From a virus (taxonomy: Duplodnaviria; Heunggongvirae; Uroviricota; Caudoviricetes), in the IMG/VR virus record IMGVR_UViG_3300024287_000004, positions 492-64,491 of that record: a DNA stretch of 64,000 nucleotides, one strand, 5' to 3'. This document shows, piece by piece, positions 18,850-27,732 of this stretch (its first letter is position 1; each line of letters begins with the position of its first letter). The notes below the pieces were generated by a model. It did not search any database, was not told the origin of the DNA, and saw only the letters and a program-made list of their open reading frames with translations. The position numbers and the translations under genes were made by a program.

Positions 18850-19146
18850 TCATTCGTGGCCCTCCATAGTATGCAAGATAGCACGCGGATTGTCATCTAT
18901 CCAAATGTCAATGCAGATGCCATTAGCGAACATGAACTTTTCCTTGGCCTTACGCCCCGTGGCATAGAACCCGTGAACAGGGTGAGGTTTGCCCTCGAAT
19001 TGTGCATAAACTTTGGCCATCTCTCCGGGGAATCTCCAAGTTACGATGTACACTTTGTGCCCAGCTTCACGGAAGGTTTTGATAACCTCGTCCCAGAGCG
19101 CCGGGTCGCGGGTGTAGGTATCGTCGTAGTCAAGTCCGATGTTCAT
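18850..19146 (-). CDS. Minimal HAD-superfamily phosphatase-like protein, 98 aa
   Basis: Motif I GLDYDDT (DxDxT), motif II VYIVT, Lys GRKAKEK, motif IV IWIDDNP. Confidence 0.45.
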   Translation of the reverse strand: MNIGLDYDDTYTRDPALWDEVIKTFREAGHKVYIVTWRFPGEMAKVYAQFEGKPHPVHGFYATGRKAKEKFMFANGICIDIWIDDNPRAILHTMEGHE

Positions 19147-19595
19147 CGTTGCATCTCACGGGGAGCGTACAACCTGCCCCAGTAGGCGCCCTCGCGCTTG
19201 TTACGGCTTTCGAGTACTTTCATTTGTAACACTCCCTCACTTCCTCCCTCTTGGTTAGGTTGTGTCCACCCCGGTTGTTGAGATTCTGCCATTCGTTTTA
19301 AATCCCTGCCAACGGCATTGAATCGGTAATACATAATTTCATCTGTGCCACCTTTGGTGTCCCAGTCAAGGTCTACAGCAGTTCGCCCGTAAAGCTCTGA
19401 GCCGTCAGAGAGTATGACATCCACACGCTCAAAAATAGCAACAGGAGACAAGCGCGGCCAGCCGTAGGCCCAACCGTTACACCCCATTGCGAACCACCCA
19501 CCTTCACGTAGGTAGTTCGCAAACTCCAACTCCGCTATACGAGCTTTTAACCTGACTATCTCGCACTCAAGCATCGCCTTAGTCTTACGGCCCAT
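19143..19595 (-). CDS. Hypothetical protein, 150 aa
   Basis: ORF; promoter 19622-19651 upstream. Confidence 0.45.
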   Translation of the reverse strand: MGRKTKAMLECEIVRLKARIAELEFANYLREGGWFAMGCNGWAYGWPRLSPVAIFERVDVILSDGSELYGRTAVDLDWDTKGGTDEIMYYRFNAVGRDLKRMAESQQPGWTQPNQEGGSEGVLQMKVLESRNKREGAYWGRLYAPREMQR

Positions 19596-19621
19596 AATTC
19601 TTCCTGAAATAAGAAAAGACC

Positions 19622-19651
19622 AGTGTAGCCGAAGCCTAACCAGCCTGTCAA
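19622..19651 (-). promoter_or_regulatory. Sigma70-like promoter on minus strand (TTGACA-18-TACACT)
   Basis: revcomp tgtcaa 19646-19651; agtgta 19622-19627. Confidence 0.5.
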
Positions 19652-19660
19652 GCTACTTTC

Positions 19661-19975
19661 TTACTTATTTTTAAACGGCTCCAACACACCCTGCGGAACC
19701 CGTAGCAGTTCCATTAGGCTGCTAGCTAGCAAACCCATATCCGGGGTGTACACCTGCGGTACTGTGCGATGGCCTAGCGTCTTAAACACACGCATAGCCT
19801 CCGCATCCTCGTCAATCTTCACCACTTTATGCCTAATGCTACGGCGTTCTAGTTCTTGCACAACAGCCTTGCAGCCTGCACAGCCGTTACTTGAAAATAC
19901 CACCAACTCACTCACCTTTGTTCTCCCCGTACAAAATTGTCTGCCGGATATGCTCAGGAACCGGCACAGTTTCAA
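19661..19975 (-). CDS. Glutaredoxin/NrdH-like redoxin
   Basis: CAGC active-site motif, TVPQVY; adjacent to RNR. Confidence 0.7.
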   Translation of the reverse strand: MKLCRFLSISGRQFCTGRTKVSELVVFSSNGCAGCKAVVQELERRSIRHKVVKIDEDAEAMRVFKTLGHRTVPQVYTPDMGLLASSLMELLRVPQGVLEPFKNK

Positions 19976-20064
19976 GCTTCGCTGCCTGCGCCCATACGTC
20001 CAGTACTTGATAGCTAGGATGGTTGTAAAGGTTCAGAGGCGGGAAGTTATCATTCCACGCTATT

Positions 20065-20532
20065 TCACTCACACCCATTTTCCTCCATATACTTTAACAC
20101 CAACCGTATCTCATCTACGTTGGCGTCATTTTTATATCTGTTAGCCTTGTTACTTATTACTCGGACGTTACCCGGCACGTATCCCAGCTTAGGTCTCAGC
20201 CTGTCTAAGGAGGGAGTCCAGTCTATATCCAAAATCTTCAGCGGTTGCCCGAACACAGGACAGACGGCAGGAATAACAACGTCCCCTACGCTAATAGAGA
20301 ATGGACTTCCTTCCAGCTTTGCTCTCCGTTTAGCCCGATACCACATTTTGTACTCGTGGGAAGACTCCCGATATTCGCGCTTTGCCTTAGCTATTGAGCA
20401 GGCTTTGCACTTAGAGTTCTTGCCCATCCCAGTCATAGTGTGTGACCCAAACTCGCTTAGTGGCTTGAATGTGTCACACGTGTAACAAGGGCGCTGGCCT
20501 TCTGGCCAGTCTTTTACCCTCAATCGCTTCAT
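20065..20532 (-). CDS. HNH endonuclease (Zn-finger + HNH_3-like)
   Basis: CYTCD..CKAC; PSLDRLRPKLGYVPGNVRVISNKAN. Confidence 0.7.
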   Translation of the reverse strand: MKRLRVKDWPEGQRPCYTCDTFKPLSEFGSHTMTGMGKNSKCKACSIAKAKREYRESSHEYKMWYRAKRRAKLEGSPFSISVGDVVIPAVCPVFGQPLKILDIDWTPSLDRLRPKLGYVPGNVRVISNKANRYKNDANVDEIRLVLKYMEENGCE

Positions 20533-20533
20533 C

Positions 20534-22399
20534 TTACATTTCTACAGTGCACTGGCCCCCGGCACAAGCGGCTTCCATCGTGTGAGCCGTCATATCCTCT
20601 TCCTCGTTCACTTCCGTAAGGTCGAAAGAACCTTGTGCCTCGATATAGGCCATCAGACCTTCGTAAACCTCTTGTGAGCAGCTTTCGAACGGGGCTTGTA
20701 CGTAGGTGCCACCATCGTAAGGAAGAACGCTAATACCGTTGTATTCGTCCCTGTAGTCCCACATCCATTGGCCGCAAGCTTCCCACTCGTCGGCTTTCAG
20801 GCTGATGGTGCAACTAACGTTGTGTTTCTGCACACCGCGATTGTGGCCCGGTGCAATCCATTCCTGATTGAAGCGGCGTACACGCTCTAGCAAGTCCATA
20901 AAGCTTTCGCTACGCAGGATACTCCCTTCGGGCGCTTTCTGCGGGAAGGTCATCACGGCTTCCAGATGCGGCTTAAACTTGCAATCCTCTACCAGCAGCG
21001 GGAACTTAGCCATCATGTAATGGTACAGTGCTTCGTTCTTGCCAACACGCATACGGCGAATGTAAAACTTGTCATGCCAAGCATGAATGCCCGATGCAGA
21101 GCCAACCACAATAGAAGCTGTCCCTTCCGGCTTGTTAAGGGTAGTACGTGCAGCAGGGTTAATGCCAATGATATCGGCTACTCGAATATTCTCTTCCTTA
21201 ACAACCAAAGCTGCCTCGGTCAAGTCTAGCGGTAAGATAGCCCCAGAGCCAATGCCGGTAATCGAAACGCCGATCAAGGCGTCATCTTCCGTAACCTGCT
21301 TCCAAATCTCACGTAGGTAGTGGAAGTTGGTATAGCCCGCTTGCAGCGTACCAATGAATGTAGCAGCCTTCGACCGGGCATTTAGTTCATCCTGCGTGTG
21401 AATGTCATCCCCGTTAATCGTTGTCAGGTTGCAGAACGAGTACATTCGCAGCGTAGCTTCCACACAAGGGTTGCTTAGGATGTCCCGGTCATTCGTCCAA
21501 TACACGCCCGGTTCACCAGCGTTTGATTCCTCTACACGCTTCCAAATGTCCTTGAACGTCTTCTCGTCAATCGTACCTCGTAGCAGAACAACAGAGTTGT
21601 TAGCACGGCCACGTTGGGGGTTTAGCTCCCACCATGCACCGCTCTTGCAGGTAATCATTTCAACATCATCAGGGCTAAAGAAGGCAATCATAGCCGCACG
21701 GCGAATACCGCCCGACAGCACAGCGTCAGCAATGTGACACTGGATATCATGGCACTCTAGCGGGGTAAGCTTACGGCCTACAGCCCCGTTCAGGATGCAG
21801 GTAATGTTTACCAAGCAAACGCGCAACGGCTCAGGGCCGGGGGCTTTACCACCAGCGGTAATAAGGGGCGCTCCCTTTTCCCGGATATCCCGGAAATCGA
21901 AATCCGGCATTGCTTTATTGTCAAAATAGGCACGCATCAACACTTTAACGGCATCGGCCCAGCCCTCGATACTGTCACCGATCAGGAAGCGGCGTTTGTG
22001 TGCCTTAGGGCCTACAACAACCGGCAATTGTTCAACGTGGTGGCGTTGGACGCTGTAGCCAACCCCCGAACCACCCAGCAGCAGGAACATCGTCTCAGCG
22101 AAGGATACGTAGCTGTCAATCGGCAGGCAGCAGCAATTGAACATGCGGGTGTTGTTAATCTCGATAGGACGACCGCCAAACTGCATTGAACGCATGGACG
22201 GCAAAACTTTCTTGGTCTTTACGTAAGTGTCAAATACGTACTTAATTTCTTCTGCCAGTTGGGGATACTTAGCAATGTGCATCGCCATGTTGCGATCACA
22301 AATTTCTTCCCAAGTCTCTCGTCGGCCAAGGGCCGGGATGTATTTACTGTACTTATTGAAGGTCACTACTTCGCTCAAAATTCGCTGGGAGATATCCAT
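20534..22399 (-). CDS. Ribonucleotide reductase, class II (adenosylcobalamin-dependent), 621 aa
   Basis: NCCCLP...GGSGVGYS active-site region; C-terminal Cys pair ACAGGQC; paired with NrdH-like gene. Confidence 0.75.
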   Translation of the reverse strand: MDISQRILSEVVTFNKYSKYIPALGRRETWEEICDRNMAMHIAKYPQLAEEIKYVFDTYVKTKKVLPSMRSMQFGGRPIEINNTRMFNCCCLPIDSYVSFAETMFLLLGGSGVGYSVQRHHVEQLPVVVGPKAHKRRFLIGDSIEGWADAVKVLMRAYFDNKAMPDFDFRDIREKGAPLITAGGKAPGPEPLRVCLVNITCILNGAVGRKLTPLECHDIQCHIADAVLSGGIRRAAMIAFFSPDDVEMITCKSGAWWELNPQRGRANNSVVLLRGTIDEKTFKDIWKRVEESNAGEPGVYWTNDRDILSNPCVEATLRMYSFCNLTTINGDDIHTQDELNARSKAATFIGTLQAGYTNFHYLREIWKQVTEDDALIGVSITGIGSGAILPLDLTEAALVVKEENIRVADIIGINPAARTTLNKPEGTASIVVGSASGIHAWHDKFYIRRMRVGKNEALYHYMMAKFPLLVEDCKFKPHLEAVMTFPQKAPEGSILRSESFMDLLERVRRFNQEWIAPGHNRGVQKHNVSCTISLKADEWEACGQWMWDYRDEYNGISVLPYDGGTYVQAPFESCSQEVYEGLMAYIEAQGSFDLTEVNEEEDMTAHTMEAACAGGQCTVEM

Positions 22400-22424
22400 T
22401 TATTACAAAATCCTTTATACAAAA

Positions 22425-22450
22425 ACAAAAAGGGGCCGCAAAGCCCCTTG
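22425..22450 (-). terminator. Terminator-like hairpin + U-run in RNR 5' leader (between promoter and ATG)
   Basis: minus-strand RNA: aaggggc-uuugcg-gcccctt followed by uuuuuguuuu. Confidence 0.4.
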
Positions 22451-22467
22451 TGAAAATCCGGACCAAT

Positions 22468-22496
22468 ATTATACCACAAGGGCCGCTACTTTTCAA
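22468..22496 (-). promoter_or_regulatory. Sigma70-like promoter on minus strand (TTGAAA-17-TATAAT) with AAGCTAGC upstream
   Basis: revcomp tttcaa 22491-22496; attata 22468-22473. Confidence 0.55.
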
Positions 22497-22502
22497 GCTA
22501 GC

Positions 22503-23036
22503 TTATTTGCTATCTGGCGTCCAGCCAATATGGTAGTCGTAGATTGTCTTACGGGTGCCGTCAGGGTTAAACGGATCACCGCGTACAGCTAGCAGTAGGT
22601 CTTTAAGAATTTCAATTTGCATAGCCACCATCGTTTCGTTGTCCATCGTCAACTCAGGCGGGAAACCTTTCTCACTAAGTCCCTCGTCATCCTCGCCGTA
22701 GTTCCGTCCCGTTGTTAGCTGTTTAGCCATATCGTTAGCTAGGCTCAGGTCTTGGTAGCCTTGGGCAATCATACGATCCTCGGCAGTGGCGAACGGCCCC
22801 GATAGGAAGGAATCGTTAATTTCCACTTCGCCTACAATGCGGTAGGCAATAACAACATCTCCTTGCATGTTACGATGCTGAGATGGAACGTACTCAATCG
22901 GATAGTCCAAATCTAACCCCAGCATTTTGAGATAGGGAGCAATCAGCTTGTCGTTCTTGGGATCGATGAACTCAATCATCCGAAGGTGGCTAAGTTCATC
23001 AATCAGTTGCAGGTCTGTTACCGAGATGCTTTTCAT
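22503..23036 (-). CDS. Hypothetical protein, 177 aa
   Basis: ORF. Confidence 0.45.
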   Translation of the reverse strand: MKSISVTDLQLIDELSHLRMIEFIDPKNDKLIAPYLKMLGLDLDYPIEYVPSQHRNMQGDVVIAYRIVGEVEINDSFLSGPFATAEDRMIAQGYQDLSLANDMAKQLTTGRNYGEDDEGLSEKGFPPELTMDNETMVAMQIEILKDLLLAVRGDPFNPDGTRKTIYDYHIGWTPDSK

Positions 23037-23491
23037 TACTTTGCCCCTACCAAATCAGACAAATCCACCTTGGCGTAGGTAGAAGGCTTGCGAACTTTGC
23101 CGTTAGCATCTTTCAGCACAACCCGGTTGTACTTGGGGTTGGTGTAAAGCGTGAACTTCTCAGGGTTACCAAACACTTCTCCAACCTTCGGGAACTTGCT
23201 CAGGTTGTTCTCGTTAACACGCAGTAGGGCTTGTGCCACGTTGTAGCCTTGGGCTTCCATCTTCTGTAGCAGACCACCCAACACTACGAACATATCGCAA
23301 GCTTCCTTAAGGAACTCGGCTTTGTCGCCAGCCTCAAAGGCTTCGATTGCTTCGCTTAGTTCCTCAAAGCAGAACCCAAGCTGAGCGTCAATGCTTTCAT
23401 CCGTTACGTTGGTCAGATTGCCTGCGATATCGTTGAACTCACGCACGCCAGCGTAGGCGGTACGGATTACTTTAGTTGCTTCCATCTTCAC
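23036..23491 (-). CDS. MazG-like nucleoside triphosphate pyrophosphohydrolase
   Basis: LGFCFEELSEAIEA..D..EFLKEACDMFVVLGGL typical MazG EExxE/ D motifs. Confidence 0.7.
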   Translation of the reverse strand: MKMEATKVIRTAYAGVREFNDIAGNLTNVTDESIDAQLGFCFEELSEAIEAFEAGDKAEFLKEACDMFVVLGGLLQKMEAQGYNVAQALLRVNENNLSKFPKVGEVFGNPEKFTLYTNPKYNRVVLKDANGKVRKPSTYAKVDLSDLVGAK

Positions 23492-23804
23492 TTCCTTTCT
23501 TCTTAATCTCCAGCGGAGAAATAAGCTCTTGTTGCTCTAGCCAAGCACGAAGCACTGGCATTTCTTTGTAGTTGTAGGGAACCCCGTAGAAGTAATCTTG
23601 GAAGTCTCCCCACTCCCTCCCCGGTTCGAGCAAGGAAAACCCATTGCCATCAAACAGGGCAGTGATGCCGTCCGGCTTCTGGTCGATGATAAGCTCAGTG
23701 TTGTATATTTGCTTTAACATCACCGTGCCGTCATCGAAGCAGCAAAGAACGACTGGGAAATCCCAGCCGATCATTACTTGTACCATTTTCATTATCTGAG
23801 CCAC
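23472..23804 (-). CDS. Hypothetical protein, 110 aa
   Basis: ORF. Confidence 0.4.
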   Translation of the reverse strand: MAQIMKMVQVMIGWDFPVVLCCFDDGTVMLKQIYNTELIIDQKPDGITALFDGNGFSLLEPGREWGDFQDYFYGVPYNYKEMPVLRAWLEQQELISPLEIKKKGSEDGSN

Positions 23805-24019
23805 CCCAGTTCTTCGGCTTTGTCCAAGGCTTTACGAAGGTTGGCAGCGTGCGCCTTATTCTTGAGAACGATGTAGCGCCCACTATCGCAGTCGTCAATG
23901 GACACACCTGCGAGCCCGTGTTGCTCAAGGTGCGTAGCCCCGTAGTCCTCTGAGTCTGAGTCAGCGAACTTGATTTCTGTGATTTCCGGGCTGGTGTTGC
24001 GAATGTCAAAAATACTCAT
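23792..24019 (-). CDS. Hypothetical protein, 75 aa
   Basis: ORF. Confidence 0.4.
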   Translation of the reverse strand: MSIFDIRNTSPEITEIKFADSDSEDYGATHLEQHGLAGVSIDDCDSGRYIVLKNKAHAANLRKALDKAEELGWLR

Positions 24020-24045
24020 TATATTCTCCTTAGCTAACTAACTCG

Positions 24046-24933
24046 TTACAGTGGCATCAATTCCAGCACTGGAACACCGTCAATAATCAAGCCGCAGCCG
24101 ATGATGGGGCGTTTCAGGTTGGTGTTGTTGTAGCTAAAAGCGTAGCTACGGTCGTGGATAAGGCAACCTACTTGCATGCTAAAGTATGCTCCCAGCGGGT
24201 TAGCCCAGTAGTCTACACTAAACTTCTCGTGGTAGTGGCCCTGCACAACCGACATCCCCATAGCTTGCGACAGCTTCAAGCCGTCAGCTGCTTTGCCGTG
24301 GTGGAAGTACACCTTCTGCTCCGGGGTCGTTGCCGTCTCAGGCAGCGTAACCGTCAAGTCCATGTGCCACTTCCAGCCCTCTCCCACGCCCAGAACATCG
24401 TTGTAGCTCTTGATGTAGTGGCGTGGAATGCCGTGATGCTTTGCCTTCCTCCATACCAAGCTACCATGATTACTGTCTAGGATGTCCATATCCGGGAACA
24501 TCTGATAGACCTCCTGAATGATAGGAAGGGACTTGCGTAGCTCGTCACCGGCACTCATCAGGTCAGGGTCGCTATCATGGAAGGATAGCGCGTGCTTGTC
24601 AAGTTCATCCCCGATGCAGATAACCCGCGTAGGATCGTAGCGAAGCTTCAAGCCAGCTAGGAACGGTAGCATCTTGGGATGGTTGTAGGGGATGTGCATA
24701 TCCGAGATAACCAGAATACGCGAGTTATCCTTATTGTCTTCGGTAGCTTCTACTCGCCCCGGCTCGCAGCACATCTCATCAACACGGGCCTGAGCCTTCA
24801 TCTCTCGATAGGAACGAAGGTAGTCATTCACCGTGCTTTTACCCTTGCGAACAATACGGGCAATCTCCCGGTCTGACACCTGCAAGTCTGCTAGGCTAAT
24901 AGCTAGCTGGTGCCAATCTTGTGTGTTTTCCAA
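24046..24933 (-). CDS. Metallophosphoesterase (calcineurin-like) with N-terminal HTH
   Basis: ILVISDMHIP, CIGDELD, DSNHG phosphoesterase motifs; N-terminal helix-turn-helix-like segment. Confidence 0.7.
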   Translation of the reverse strand: MENTQDWHQLAISLADLQVSDREIARIVRKGKSTVNDYLRSYREMKAQARVDEMCCEPGRVEATEDNKDNSRILVISDMHIPYNHPKMLPFLAGLKLRYDPTRVICIGDELDKHALSFHDSDPDLMSAGDELRKSLPIIQEVYQMFPDMDILDSNHGSLVWRKAKHHGIPRHYIKSYNDVLGVGEGWKWHMDLTVTLPETATTPEQKVYFHHGKAADGLKLSQAMGMSVVQGHYHEKFSVDYWANPLGAYFSMQVGCLIHDRSYAFSYNNTNLKRPIIGCGLIIDGVPVLELMPL

Positions 24934-24975
24934 ATGCTTCTCCTATGAAAAGCCCCGCTGTGCGGGGCGTCCTTG

Positions 24976-25755
24976 TTACTGGGCAGTGGCTTCCAGCTTT
25001 ACGCGAGCCTCGGTAACACGTTTAACAGCGGCACGGTAGGCGTTGACCGCCTCTTGCATTGCTTCCAAAGCCTTTTCTTCCTCTGCCTCGGCCTCTGCCA
25101 CAGCCTGTTCCGCAAGCTCTTTGGCAGTGGGCTCTTTCACTACCACCCAAACGCCAGAGTCAATGTAGCTTTTAACCTCAGACTCGGTATAGATGTAGTA
25201 GCTCTCACCGTCCGGGCCAGTGATTGAGAAAGCGTCCAAGTCAACGTTGTACCGATTGCCGCTGGCTGCTACCTTAACCCTGAACTTTCGCGGCAGCTTC
25301 GGCGTGATGTCCTCAAGGAAGGTCCAGATGCCGTCATTAATGCACCCCAAGATGCGCTCCGTAGCCCAGAAAGAGCGCTCTTGGGAGGCGTTACCCAGTT
25401 GGTAAGCTTCGCCTACTCCTGTGCAGATATAGCCCGTAGCATCCTTCTTAGTCATACGATATGGCCCGGAGGGAGCTTCAAACGTAAACACATCAGGCAG
25501 GCTGGTGAGCTTCGCAACTTCAATACCGTCCTCGCACATGATGAAGTGTTTGCCGTCAATCTCGATTCCGTAGATGATCGTAGAAGACCCTACAGTATGT
25601 GGTGCCGCCACAATAACTTTACCCACATCCCCTGTTTTCGGTGTTTCCTTCCACTGGAACTCATTTAGGCCGTGCTTGACGGCCCACACTCCATACGTGT
25701 CGCAAGTGCGGCCAATGTTAGTGACACGAACGGTGCTGCCTACTTTGATAGTCAT
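24976..25755 (-). CDS. Hypothetical protein with C-terminal coiled coil, 259 aa
   Basis: ORF. Confidence 0.45.
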   Translation of the reverse strand: MTIKVGSTVRVTNIGRTCDTYGVWAVKHGLNEFQWKETPKTGDVGKVIVAAPHTVGSSTIIYGIEIDGKHFIMCEDGIEVAKLTSLPDVFTFEAPSGPYRMTKKDATGYICTGVGEAYQLGNASQERSFWATERILGCINDGIWTFLEDITPKLPRKFRVKVAASGNRYNVDLDAFSITGPDGESYYIYTESEVKSYIDSGVWVVVKEPTAKELAEQAVAEAEAEEEKALEAMQEAVNAYRAAVKRVTEARVKLEATAQ

Positions 25756-25772
25756 GTTGTTTTCCTTTCTTG

Positions 25773-26390
25773 TTAGTTGCCAAGTGCCTTGCGCGCTGCT
25801 TCGGCTGCTGCTAGCGCTGCTTCCGTCTCAGCCAGTTCCTTACGGAGTTGTTCAACCTTGGTGTCAGCTTCGCGCTTGGCTTTTGCTTTCTCCCCCCCTT
25901 GGGCATCCTCTTTCCACAGAAGCGCGCCAAACTTCTGAGGGTTTAGGTGGGCGAACGGGTGGGTTGGTGCCTCGTACACTTCCACGATGCGCAAGCTGTA
26001 TTCCTCTCCGAAGCGTGCGACATCCCAGTCACCCGGTTCATAAGCTACGCACTTAACCTGCTCTCCCTTGTAAGTGTGGTAACCTGTAACGATTGCGTAT
26101 CGGGCAGCAGACGTAAGCACGCGCATTCCCGGCTGGAGTTGCGACACAGAGAAGAACAGCGGCTTACCGCTTGCATCAACCCCGTTGGGGGTAACCAACT
26201 CGAAGCGGTTTTCGTTGTAGAAAAGCCCGCCGTTGTTATCACCGTTCACTTCCACTCGTGCGAAAGCTGTATTTTCCGCAAGTGCTGTAACAGTAACGAC
26301 ATCCCCGACGTTGATACCGTGATCGCGCATGTGACACCCAAGGGTCAACACCCACACTTGATCGCCTACCTTGAATCCGTTCTTAGCCAT
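25773..26390 (-). CDS. Hypothetical protein with C-terminal coiled coil, 205 aa
   Basis: ORF. Confidence 0.45.
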   Translation of the reverse strand: MAKNGFKVGDQVWVLTLGCHMRDHGINVGDVVTVTALAENTAFARVEVNGDNNGGLFYNENRFELVTPNGVDASGKPLFFSVSQLQPGMRVLTSAARYAIVTGYHTYKGEQVKCVAYEPGDWDVARFGEEYSLRIVEVYEAPTHPFAHLNPQKFGALLWKEDAQGGEKAKAKREADTKVEQLRKELAETEAALAAAEAARKALGN

Positions 26391-26412
26391 TTATGCTCTC
26401 CTTGGTTGTCAG

Positions 26413-26631
26413 TTAGTGCTGCACGGCTGCGTAGCCGTCAACCATGCCCTTAAAGTGAGCCACGCCGATTTGGGTAAATCCCGCAGCAGCCTCCCCGGTA
26501 AGTCCCATTTCTACCGCCCCTGCATTAAGGAACGAGACAGCGGAAGCAGCCAGTACTTCGAGGATTTCAAGGTTGCTCAGGCCGTCCATAGCGTCAACCA
26601 CTTTAGCGCCTGCTTGTTGTTTCTTGTTCAT
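26413..26631 (-). CDS. Hypothetical protein, 72 aa
   Basis: RBS aaggagaacgaac before ATG. Confidence 0.45.
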   Translation of the reverse strand: MNKKQQAGAKVVDAMDGLSNLEILEVLAASAVSFLNAGAVEMGLTGEAAAGFTQIGVAHFKGMVDGYAAVQH

Positions 26632-27172
26632 GTTCGTTCTCCTTAAAAATTTGAGTTACAAGCGCCCTTCGCTTGCTTTCATTGCTAACAGAAGTGCCAG
26701 TATACCCGTAAGAAGCTAGGAAAGCAAGAACTTTTTTCTTGTCCTTAAGCGCAGCCGTAACTTTCTTCTCTAGCTTCGCCTCTTCCAAGCTAATGCCCTT
26801 GCTCTGGGAGAGAGTGTAGCACTTGTGACAGGGCTTACACAATACCCGCAGGTTGTCAACTTCACAGTATAACCTGTTAACAAACGGGCCTATATCTTCG
26901 AAGCTTAGTATGCTACCAGCATCATGCGGGTAGTGGTCAACCTCGATATCATTAAGCATGAAGTAGTCGTTACAGAGGGCGCATTGCACTTCCCACTTTT
27001 GGCGCTTGTTCTGTCCCACATACGGCCTTCTAGCACGTTCAATGGCTTGGCTACGGGGTTTCCACTTGAGCCATTTGCTACGTAGGGCAGAACGAATCCA
27101 AGCTAGATACTGTGCCTCGGTCATCGTGCCAGAGCAGCGGGTTAGCTGGCCTTTGGTTTTCTTGGTAGCCAT
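26603..27172 (-). CDS. HNH endonuclease
   Basis: CALC...EVDHY...CKPCHK. Confidence 0.65.
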   Translation of the reverse strand: MATKKTKGQLTRCSGTMTEAQYLAWIRSALRSKWLKWKPRSQAIERARRPYVGQNKRQKWEVQCALCNDYFMLNDIEVDHYPHDAGSILSFEDIGPFVNRLYCEVDNLRVLCKPCHKCYTLSQSKGISLEEAKLEKKVTAALKDKKKVLAFLASYGYTGTSVSNESKRRALVTQIFKENEHEQETTSRR

Positions 27173-27732
27173 TAGACACCGTGCCTTTCTGAGTAGCCAG
27201 CAGCAGTATTCACCACGCTATCCCTGTACTCCGACGCCAGCCTAAACGCCTCTGCATCGCCATAGGTTGCTATCTTAAAAGATTTAGACCGTTGCCGCCC
27301 CGCCGCGTCGTTCCATGTGGCAACCCAGTGAGTGTGTGACTTTCTGGCTACTCCTACCTTTCCAGAGATATTGTTTCTACCTTTACGCCTGTTTTTGGCG
27401 TTCTCCTTAGAGGTCACAGCCCGCAGGTTGCTAACTTGGTTGTTGCTTCTGTCTCCGTCGATGTGGTCTATATACCTTCCTTCCAGTGGCCCATGTACCA
27501 ATTCGTACACGATGCGATGGCACTTATACGACTGTCCCTCGCAGTACACCGCCCAGTACCCCTTTGTAAGCATATGGCCTGCGGGGGAGCCTTTCGGCTT
27601 TCTCATATAAAGCTCCCCGCCAAACTTAGGCAGCAACCAATCCTTAGCTCGGCGTAGGCCACTCGGACTGGTGGGGTCGTAGTAGAAATGCTCAGACCAG
27701 TTAACGGATTTTGTATCTTTTAAGCGGCCCAT
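27172..27732 (-). CDS. HNH homing endonuclease (HNH_3 + AP2 domain)
   Basis: HRIVYELVHGPLEGRYIDHIDGDRSNNQVSNLRAVT; AP2-like GVARKSHTHWVATW. Confidence 0.75.
   Translation of the reverse strand: MGRLKDTKSVNWSEHFYYDPTSPSGLRRAKDWLLPKFGGELYMRKPKGSPAGHMLTKGYWAVYCEGQSYKCHRIVYELVHGPLEGRYIDHIDGDRSNNQVSNLRAVTSKENAKNRRKGRNNISGKVGVARKSHTHWVATWNDAAGRQRSKSFKIATYGDAEAFRLASEYRDSVVNTAAGYSERHGV

Noticed and set aside
22400-22470. Cobalamin riboswitch upstream of class II RNR
   Set aside because: The leader is only ~60 nt. A B12 riboswitch needs ~200 nt with a conserved B12 box, and none is present.
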